Virus record (IMG/VR): IMGVR_UViG_3300027749_000095
Location: 8,200 to 72,199 of that record
Reading direction: 5' to 3' (one strand)
Length of the DNA stretch: 64,000 bases
DNA from: a virus
The position numbers and the translations under genes are program-made. Within the stretch, counting starts at the first letter, position 1, and each line of letters begins with the position of its first letter. The notes beneath the pieces were generated by a model. That model saw only the letters and a program-made list of their open reading frames with translations, had not been told where the DNA came from and made no database searches. Shown piece after piece: positions 56,918 to 64,000 of this stretch.

Positions 56918-57850
56918 ATGAAAGTATACGAAATATTATCCGAAGCAGTACCTGCTACTGGGAATGTAATTCCATTCCCTCAAGGTGGGCGAAGTGGTCC
57001 ACCTAGTACGACTGTAACACCTGCAACAACTAGTGGCCAGTCTGGTCTTCGTAATCAAAGAATTGCTCAGGCTGCGGAACTACGTAGGCAGGGTGGACCT
57101 AAATCGTTTCGAAAAGCTGGTGATATAATAAAAAAACATCATGAGATATGGAAAACAGGTAACGGTGAGGCAGCAAAAGCAGTAGAAAAATCTTTCTACG
57201 CTAAACTTGGTACTAGTACTGTATGGTTTCTTAAAGCCTTAGGTTTTGTATCTGCAGCTGGTGAGTTATGGGTCGACCTCGGCGGCTTAGAAGAACTTTA
57301 TAATAATAAAGAAATTACTAAAGAAGACTACGAAGCAGAGAGAGAGTTTGCATTTGGTGTATTTGAAGCGCAAATACTTGTACCAATGATAGCTAGAGCA
57401 CTAGCAAATAGTCGAATAGTATTAATGATAATTAGCGGTATTAAAAACATAGTACTTGGTGCCGGTGCAGTTGCAGGTGTTACAACTGGGGGAGTAGTAT
57501 CAGCCGCATCAATTGCTGCTATGATTGCTACTGAAGCTGGCATCACTGCATTACAAATGTGGGTAGGTAGTGATCAAGGTAAAGATTATATTGCCAGCGG
57601 AATAGGCAAATGGTTAAGATACCCCGGTGCAGTTGGTGAAAGCATTTGGAACTGGTTAATGAATGGATTTAAAATAAGTACATTCTATGCAGATGCAGAA
57701 AAGAAACAAGGCAAGTTTCAAAATCAGAAAGCTCTTAAAGCTGCCACAACACCTCAAGAAAAACAAGCGGCACAACAGGCAATTAGTGCAGCTCAAATAG
57801 CCGCTGATAAAGAAGCTGACATGGCTGCTGGGATGAAAGACTTAAAGTAA
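56918..57850 (+). CDS. hypothetical late protein with hydrophobic Ala/Gly helices (possible ejected internal protein)
   Basis: 310-aa ORF; MKVYEILSEA leader; hydrophobic stretch IVLMIISG...IAAMIA. Confidence 0.65.
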   Translation: MKVYEILSEAVPATGNVIPFPQGGRSGPPSTTVTPATTSGQSGLRNQRIAQAAELRRQGGPKSFRKAGDIIKKHHEIWKTGNGEAAKAVEKSFYAKLGTSTVWFLKALGFVSAAGELWVDLGGLEELYNNKEITKEDYEAEREFAFGVFEAQILVPMIARALANSRIVLMIISGIKNIVLGAGAVAGVTTGGVVSAASIAAMIATEAGITALQMWVGSDQGKDYIASGIGKWLRYPGAVGESIWNWLMNGFKISTFYADAEKKQGKFQNQKALKAATTPQEKQAAQQAISAAQIAADKEADMAAGMKDLK

Positions 57851-58075
57851 CGGCATACCACTTTTCTTAGTGGCTTCTATGTTTTCTTTGATAAGAGCAC
57901 TCATAATATTCCTATCTTCATAGGAATACAAATGAAATAAGTCTTGACTGGTCACTCCGCCACGCATGTACCAACTTATTTTAAATATTTCTTCTTTAAC
58001 CTCAGCTGCTGACCTATCAAACGTCTTTATGAATTCTTCAAGGTCTTCATGTGCTATATAGTTTAGGCGGTTACG
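57842..58075 (-). CDS. 77-codon -1 frame extension of the gp26-like gene (alternatively a short MRGG... ORF); not in ORF track
   Basis: Open frame RNRLNYIAHEDLEEFIKTFDRSAAEVKEEIFKISWYMRGGVTSQDLFHLYSYEDRNIMSALIKENIEATKKSGMPLL*, beginning at a slippery site. Confidence 0.7.
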   Translation of the reverse strand, partial: RNRLNYIAHEDLEEFIKTFDRSAAEVKEEIFKISWYMRGGVTSQDLFHLYSYEDRNIMSALIKENIEATKKSGMPLL

Positions 58076-58893
58076 AAAAAATTTGATTGATCTAAGTTAA
58101 CAGTTACCGCATCTTCATGATCACAGCTTACACACTTAATGCGTGATTGCGGCATTGTCCATTTTTCTTTATTTTCTTCTAATTTTTTCTTAATAGCAGC
58201 ATATAATGCTCTATCACTATTCTTAACCCATTCAATAATAAATTCTCTTTGGTCAACTACACCGTCTGGAACTTGTACACTTTCAATACTGTTAATAAAC
58301 AGTTGAGTTTGAACGTCTGCTAGATTTTTATATACTAAGTCAACTTGAACTTGCTGATCTTGTTCGCTAGTCATTGTACCTACTTGCGCTAACATCTTTT
58401 GTAATTTAAAGTTTTCTACATTAACTTCGGTAAGTTCTTTGTAACTTAACGGACGCAGAGTAACAGTTAGTTCCCCAACTTGTACTTTATTGTCAAAACT
58501 TAAGCCACTGTAGTATTCTAAAAATGTTCTTAAATCAATATCAAACTCATTGTCAATTCCACAATTATTGCAAGTATGTTTAATACCTAACAGCTCCCCA
58601 AAGGTAGCAATTCTAATAGCAGTTACTATGCTATCAACATCAAGTGTAGGCATCTTACTTGCGTCTTTGATAAATGGACAGCAACTTTCGATAACTTTAA
58701 TAGTTGCTTCGCCGGTAAACAATGCGTCCGGTGTTTTATACATGATTTCATCCATGCCGTTCATTCCAAAGATTGGCACATTGTTGTAGTCGCCATGAAA
58801 CGCACCTTCCTCGTAGTATAATCCTTTGCTGGGCAAAGAGATGTAAATTTTAGGCTGGCGATAATACTTCTGTAGAGGGTTTGTTGGGTTCAT
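58063..58893 (-). CDS. baseplate hub / tail assembly chaperone, T4 gp26-like
   Basis: NPLQKYYRQPKIYISLPS, DEIMYKTPDAL, IRIATFG, two CxxC pairs; divergent from the tape-measure gene. Confidence 0.75.
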   Translation of the reverse strand: MNPTNPLQKYYRQPKIYISLPSKGLYYEEGAFHGDYNNVPIFGMNGMDEIMYKTPDALFTGEATIKVIESCCPFIKDASKMPTLDVDSIVTAIRIATFGELLGIKHTCNNCGIDNEFDIDLRTFLEYYSGLSFDNKVQVGELTVTLRPLSYKELTEVNVENFKLQKMLAQVGTMTSEQDQQVQVDLVYKNLADVQTQLFINSIESVQVPDGVVDQREFIIEWVKNSDRALYAAIKKKLEENKEKWTMPQSRIKCVSCDHEDAVTVNLDQSNFFVTA

Positions 58894-58905
58894 TTTTACT
58901 CCCGA

Positions 58906-58928
58906 TAAATATAATGTATCCTTATTTA
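58906..58928. promoter_or_regulatory. pair of overlapping, oppositely oriented late promoters
   Basis: TAAATA on + at 58906-58911 and on - at 58923-58928. Confidence 0.55.
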
Positions 58929-58955
58929 TATACGCAGTTTTTCAGGAAAATAATT

Positions 58956-61900
58956 ATGTCAATGACAGAAAATGAACTCTTAAATGTACTCAAACAAGCT
59001 GCTCGAGCCGGCTACTTAGGTGGTGGTGGTGGTGGCGGTGGCGCTGGTGCCGCTGCTGGCGCTGGTGCCGCTGCTGGCGCAGGACAATTTGGAAAAGAAT
59101 TAGGTGCTGCCGGTGAAGCGGTTAAAGGATTAGGTAGTGCATTTCTTAGTACTAGCTCAAAAATTGCCGAAGGCAACGCTAGACTAGGTGATGTAACACA
59201 AGCGTTATCAGCTGGATTTTCTGGGTTAGGTGCTAGCGGGTCTGTACTTGGAGAATCTCTTGCCACTGGAGCAAAGGCCCTAAATGCACTTGGTCAGAAT
59301 ATAGATCAAAATATAGACACTTGGAGAAAACTATCCGACACTGGTCTAGCATTTGGCAACGACATTATGGAGATGAAAAATCAGGCATCTGGTGCCAGAT
59401 TAAGCATTGCTGAGTTTGGGGAAGTAGTACAGAAAAATAATTCTATTATGTTTGGCTTTGGAGCAACTAGTGCTGAAAGTGCTAAACAGTTATCTAAGAT
59501 GTCTAATGAGTTTTTTACTAGTGGATTAGGTGAACAGCTTCGAGGTATGGGCTATACTACAAAAGAGCTTAACGATATTATGGCTGTTAGCATCTCAGGA
59601 TCGAAGATTAAAGATCTTAATGATAAAACTAGTCAAGATAAAGCCTTAAAGGCAGCAGCTAGTCTAGCTACTGAAATGGATGCGGTAGCAAAAATAACAG
59701 GACAAAGCAGAGAATCAATGCTTGATGAATTGCGCAAGAAAGCTGGCAACGGACAACGGCAAGCTGCAATTGATCAAGCTATTGCAGAAGGCGGCGAAGG
59801 CGCAAAAGCCGCCTTCGATGCTGTTACTGTTAATTCTGGATTAGCAGGAGAACAGTTTCAGAAAATTGCTGAAGATATGGCGGCGATGGGACGACCATCG
59901 GCTGAAAATGCAAAAGCCTTTGCTTTATTAGGACCAAAGTCACAAGAAGCATTGGTTGAAATGGAAGCAGCAGCTAAAAGAGGAGATGCTGTTGAATCTG
60001 CTCGACTAGCAAAAAAAGCAGCAATGGAAACTGTTGAGTTTCAGAAAACTGAGGAGTTTAGGACACTGACTAGAGATAGTAAGATGCAAGAGCTAACAGA
60101 TGCTTATTCTCAAGGTGCTAAACTCAGAGCAGCCACTGAGATGATGAAAAAAGAAGGCGGCACTGTAGAAGAGAACATGGCCAAGCTCAACGAAAAAATT
60201 AAAAAAGAACAGGCCGCTGGCGGCAAAGATGATCCTAATGCAGCAGCTGGCGCAAGCATTACTAGATTTGCAGTTGACATTGAAAGTCGAGGACGAGATT
60301 TAACAAAAGTATTAAACGATCAAGTTATCCAGCCGTTATCAAAAGATGTTGCAGATAAAATTGTTAAACTTAGTAATAAATTAAATTTGGGTTCTTCGAC
60401 AGTTGTGCAAACTGAAATTGGCGACCCAATGAAAAAAGGATACGAGAAATCTAGAATTGATCGTACTGTAAAAGAAGAAGCAGTAAAAGATGGAGGCTCA
60501 GGTGCTAAATCATCTCCATTGCATAACGATCTAATTGAATTTAATAAATTAATTAATGGAAATCAAAAGCAATCAGACACTACACTTAAAGTGCTTGAAA
60601 AGATGGCAGCTGATCAATCTAAGGCAACTGGTAAAACTGTAACTGCTGAAGATGTAGCTAAGAACGCTACTAATACACCCGGTGCAATGGCGGATATTGT
60701 TAAACAAATTAAAGCAGCATTGCCGGCAGATGCACAGCTTGATAAAACAGAAGCTGAGAAAACAAAGAAAGATAAGATAACTCACGTAGCAGGAGATAAA
60801 GCAAAGCCAGTAGGCGAATCATTAGGTGCCGGAGTTGAAGCATTAGGCGGATTGTTTAAACCTTCTAGCCCAGGGTTTGTTAGTATTGTTAATACCGTTG
60901 ATGTTAACGCTAAGCCAAAAGCAGTTGGTGGCGTAGTTGAAAAACCTGAAATTATTCTAGCAGGTGAAGCTGGCCCTGAAGCAATTTTTAACAAAGGTCA
61001 GCTTCAAGATTATACTGCTAAGATTATGGGAGCAGCAGCTGGAGCAATACCCAAGACAGATGCTCCTAAAATAGATTTGACTAGCATTTCAAAATCAATT
61101 AGCACTAGTATTAGTTCTGTTAGTGGTGGCGGATCTACAACCACTAAACAAGTACAATCTGATGATAGCAAAGCAGCACAACAAGAATTACTAGCTCTTG
61201 AAAAAGCACAAGTTGCGGAAAGATTAAAAGCAGTTGCTCAGCTTAAAGAAGAAGGTGTTATTAAAGGTAAATTTGCTAGCTCAAATGACTACAAAAACAT
61301 TCCACAACTTTCTGCGTTAAAAGAAAAACAAGATAGTGAAAAGGCAGTATTATCTAAACGAGTTGATGCTGGCACTAGTTGGGAAACTGTTAGAGAAGAA
61401 GCCAAAGCAGAAACTACTAAAATGGTCAGTGAGCAGATAGCCATTACTAAAACTAGTAACAGTACACTAAAAGATACTTATTCTCAAGGTGCTAAACTTA
61501 GAGAAGCTATTGCATTAAAAGATACTGAATCGCTATCTGACATGTATAAAGACGATAGTAAAACTAAATTAGCTATGGCCAAACTGAGTAATGCAGCATT
61601 GTTTAAAGAAGCTGAGTTAGCTAAAGATGTAGTTGGTACTTCAGTAAAAGGTATGAGTGAAGACATGATCGACGCTATGATACCAAAAGGTGCAAAGATT
61701 GAAGATTATTACGAAGATATGAATGGCAAGTTACAAAGTTATTCAGTTGATACCGTTGCAAAACTAGAGAAAATAGCTAAGGAAAGTGCCAATGTAATAA
61801 TTACCGAAGAAGAGGCAATTGTAGAGGCAAGAGTTGCAATTAAAAAAACTGAAAAACAAATGGCGGCCGCGGAGTCACTGGGCATAGACAGTTCACCGTT

Positions 61901-62951
61901 TAAAAAATCATTGCAAGCTAAACAAGATGCGTTGAGCAAACTATTACCTGCACCAGACACAACCCCGTTACCAACAGCTAAAGAACTACCTAAACCAACA
62001 ACTGCATCACTGTTGGATTTGCCAGCAAAAATAATGCCGGCAATGCCAAAACCTGAATCAACATTAGACATGAAGTCAGCAATTTCTGATATGAGCAAAA
62101 CATTTGAAGGTATGACAGCTGGTATGCCTGATATGAGCAAAACATTTGAAGGTATGACAGCTGGTATGCCTGATATGCTTAAATCTATGTCAGCTGGTAT
62201 GCCTGATATGCTTAAATCTATGTCAGCTGGTATGCCTGGTATGCCTGATATGTTTAAGTCTATGTCAGCTGGTATGCCTGATATGAGTAAAACATTATCA
62301 GGCATTGCAGATGAAATGACACAAATGGGCAAACCGTCAGCTGGTATGCCTGATATGAGTAAAACATTATCAGGCCTTGCAGATGAAATGACACAAATGG
62401 GCAAACCGTCAGCTGGTATGCCTGATATGTTTAAGTCTATGTCAGCTAGTATGCCTGATATGTTTAAGTCTATGTCAGCGAACAAGCCACCCGTAGATGA
62501 AAAAGAAAAAGCGGCAGACGAAGCTAAATCAGAACTAGCTAGAGAAAGTCGAAGAACAACCCCTCAAGACGCACCAAAAAGCAAAACTATGAGTGTAACA
62601 GACATGATGAGCGGCGGCATGACCCTTGGCGCAAATGGCATGCCAATCATGAAAAGTATTGATGCAGCCAAACAGAGCATTCCAGAAGTTAAAACACCTG
62701 ATGCAGATGCAGCTAGAGAAGATGCAAAATTTAAAAGACAAGCAGAAGAGAAAAAAGCAGAAGCTGCTAAAATGGCTGAGAAAAAGCCCGATGCTAAAGC
62801 AGCAACTAAAGAATCTACTCTGTCTGATGTAGTCGCCCAGCTTAATTCGTTAAATAAACAGATGGGCCAACTAATAGCAGTCAGTGAAGACGGTCACAAA
62901 GCTACAACCAAAGCCGCAAAGAGTGGCGCTAGCAACATATACGCGAGATAA
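58956..62951 (+). CDS. tape-measure-like protein
   Basis: ATG at 58956 after AGGA; long Ala/Lys/Glu-rich helical protein; AVGGVV...AGEAGPEAI motif; next to gp26-like and portal genes. Confidence 0.7.
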   Translation: MSMTENELLNVLKQAARAGYLGGGGGGGGAGAAAGAGAAAGAGQFGKELGAAGEAVKGLGSAFLSTSSKIAEGNARLGDVTQALSAGFSGLGASGSVLGESLATGAKALNALGQNIDQNIDTWRKLSDTGLAFGNDIMEMKNQASGARLSIAEFGEVVQKNNSIMFGFGATSAESAKQLSKMSNEFFTSGLGEQLRGMGYTTKELNDIMAVSISGSKIKDLNDKTSQDKALKAAASLATEMDAVAKITGQSRESMLDELRKKAGNGQRQAAIDQAIAEGGEGAKAAFDAVTVNSGLAGEQFQKIAEDMAAMGRPSAENAKAFALLGPKSQEALVEMEAAAKRGDAVESARLAKKAAMETVEFQKTEEFRTLTRDSKMQELTDAYSQGAKLRAATEMMKKEGGTVEENMAKLNEKIKKEQAAGGKDDPNAAAGASITRFAVDIESRGRDLTKVLNDQVIQPLSKDVADKIVKLSNKLNLGSSTVVQTEIGDPMKKGYEKSRIDRTVKEEAVKDGGSGAKSSPLHNDLIEFNKLINGNQKQSDTTLKVLEKMAADQSKATGKTVTAEDVAKNATNTPGAMADIVKQIKAALPADAQLDKTEAEKTKKDKITHVAGDKAKPVGESLGAGVEALGGLFKPSSPGFVSIVNTVDVNAKPKAVGGVVEKPEIILAGEAGPEAIFNKGQLQDYTAKIMGAAAGAIPKTDAPKIDLTSISKSISTSISSVSGGGSTTTKQVQSDDSKAAQQELLALEKAQVAERLKAVAQLKEEGVIKGKFASSNDYKNIPQLSALKEKQDSEKAVLSKRVDAGTSWETVREEAKAETTKMVSEQIAITKTSNSTLKDTYSQGAKLREAIALKDTESLSDMYKDDSKTKLAMAKLSNAALFKEAELAKDVVGTSVKGMSEDMIDAMIPKGAKIEDYYEDMNGKLQSYSVDTVAKLEKIAKESANVIITEEEAIVEARVAIKKTEKQMAAAESLGIDSSPFKKSLQAKQDALSKLLPAPDTTPLPTAKELPKPTTASLLDLPAKIMPAMPKPESTLDMKSAISDMSKTFEGMTAGMPDMSKTFEGMTAGMPDMLKSMSAGMPDMLKSMSAGMPGMPDMFKSMSAGMPDMSKTLSGIADEMTQMGKPSAGMPDMSKTLSGLADEMTQMGKPSAGMPDMFKSMSASMPDMFKSMSANKPPVDEKEKAADEAKSELARESRRTTPQDAPKSKTMSVTDMMSGGMTLGANGMPIMKSIDAAKQSIPEVKTPDADAAREDAKFKRQAEEKKAEAAKMAEKKPDAKAATKESTLSDVVAQLNSLNKQMGQLIAVSEDGHKATTKAAKSGASNIYAR
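62086..62479 (+). repeat. in-frame compound tandem repeat encoding AGMPDM units
   Basis: Units of 42, 42, 33, 33, 9, 33, 72, 72, 33 nt plus a partial unit, sharing CAGCTGGTATGCCTGATATG. Confidence 0.9.
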
Positions 62952-62956
62952 AACAT

Positions 62957-63508
62957 ATGTCATGGAAGAATTTTACAGGATACTATGTCTACACATATTT
63001 AGATGAGAATCTAAAACCATATTATGTAGGTATGGGCTGTAACAATCGCGTAATTGCTAAACATCTGTATGTTAGTGTTCCGCCATTCAATAAAATTATT
63101 GTAGAAGATAATCTAACACAGGTACAAGCATGGGATAGAGAAATTGAACTAATAGCACAATATGGCAGAGAGCATCTAGGTACTGGTCCTTTGAAAAATT
63201 TAACAGAAGGTGGCCTCACTCAAAAATCTGGTTGGACACATAGTAGTCAAACTAAAAAAGTAATTTCTATCAAAAATACTGGAAAAATTAGAACCTTAGA
63301 GCATAAAGAAAATTATAGTAAACCTAAAACTATTGAGCATGCCAAAAACATTAGACAAGCAGTAGCAGACATTTGGGCAGATCCTGTATATAAAGAACAG
63401 AGATTAGCAAAGATTAAAGAAAAACCTTTTGCTCATAAAGGAAAGCCGTGGAGCCTTGCAAGAAGAGAAGCACATATGAAAAAACAAAATAACGGAGCAC
63501 CTCTATGA
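62957..63508 (+). mobile_element. free-standing GIY-YIG homing endonuclease with NUMOD3-like repeats
   Basis: YYVY...PYYVGMG, R, E...LI, NLTEGG; C-terminal HSSQTKKVIS and KIRTLEHKEN repeats; inserted between tape-measure and portal genes. Confidence 0.8.
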
Positions 63509-64000
63509 GTTGGCGCAAATACTTTACGCCAGTTTCAGTTAATTCTGAATCTGGAAACTATAGTCCAATAGGAAACGGAGCATCTCGCCCGGGCCCTGCT
63601 CAGGCAAATTACTCTAGCTTTTTACCCGATGTATACACTGGTGCTCCAAATCGTATTGATCGGTATTTGCAATATGATACCATGGACATGGACAACGAAG
63701 TTAATGCTGCCCTTGATATTTTAGCAGAGTTTTGCTCACAAAAGAATAAAGAAAACGAAACACCCTTCCATCTGTTTTATAGAAACAAAGCAACAAATAG
63801 TGAAATTGCTATTCTCCGGGAGTATCTACAACAGTGGTGTAAACTACAAAAATTTGAAACTAGAATCTTCCGTATTGTGCGTAACGTGTTCAAATACGGC
63901 GATGCGTTCTTTGTTCGCGATCCTGAAAACAAGAAATGGATGTACATTGATCCGGGCAAGATTACTAAGATTATTGTAAACGAAAGTGACGGCAAAGCCC
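63505..64000 (+). CDS. portal protein, T4 gp20-like; 3' end truncated by window edge
   Basis: MSWRKYFTPV...YDTMDMDNEVNAALDILAEF...RNVFKYGDAFF; open to the end of the window. Confidence 0.85.
   Translation, partial: MSWRKYFTPVSVNSESGNYSPIGNGASRPGPAQANYSSFLPDVYTGAPNRIDRYLQYDTMDMDNEVNAALDILAEFCSQKNKENETPFHLFYRNKATNSEIAILREYLQQWCKLQKFETRIFRIVRNVFKYGDAFFVRDPENKKWMYIDPGKITKIIVNESDGKA

Noticed and set aside
59019-59080. GGT run and duplicated GCTGGTGCCGCTGCTGGC
   Set aside because: Simple Gly/Ala linker in a coding region; triplet-based, so no phase-variation signal.
62086-62479. CRISPR-like array (constant ~20-nt core with intervening segments)
   Set aside because: The intervening segments are themselves duplicated, vary widely in length, keep the reading frame within a long ORF, and no cas genes are present.
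1-64000. Stop-codon reassignment as seen in some jumbo phages
   Set aside because: Genes are full length and tightly packed in the standard code, including a 4427-aa ORF.

Overview
A 64-kb segment of a large, T4-superfamily-like (probably jumbo) myophage genome, read in the standard code. I found no tRNA, rRNA or CRISPR array. Layout: (1) 1-17.5 kb, + strand: a 7-deazaguanine DNA-modification-type cluster (TGT/DpdA-like, QueD-like, FolE, QueE) mixed with a GT-B glycosyltransferase, a short UDP-sugar dehydrogenase, HIT, cupin and 2OG-Fe(II) oxygenase genes, followed by T4 RNase H-like nuclease, a MoxR AAA+/VWA-metallopeptidase pair and ThyX. (2) 17.5-52 kb, - strand: a late operon of baseplate genes (including a 4427-aa protein), three paralogous tail fibres and four glycosyltransferase-like genes. 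(3) 52-64 kb: gp55-like late sigma factor, gp47/gp46 (Mre11/Rad50), a minimal GIY-YIG nuclease followed by about 470 nt of highly structured non-coding sequence, a gp26-like gene with a likely -1 programmed frameshift, a tape-measure-like gene with in-frame repeats, a GIY-YIG homing endonuclease and the start of the portal gene. Strongest leads: the GIY-YIG plus structured RNA locus, the unannotated frameshift extension, possible glycosylated deazaguanine, possible virion glycosylation, and several promoter/hairpin timing switches. All calls come from reading motifs by eye; no database searches or folding programs were run.
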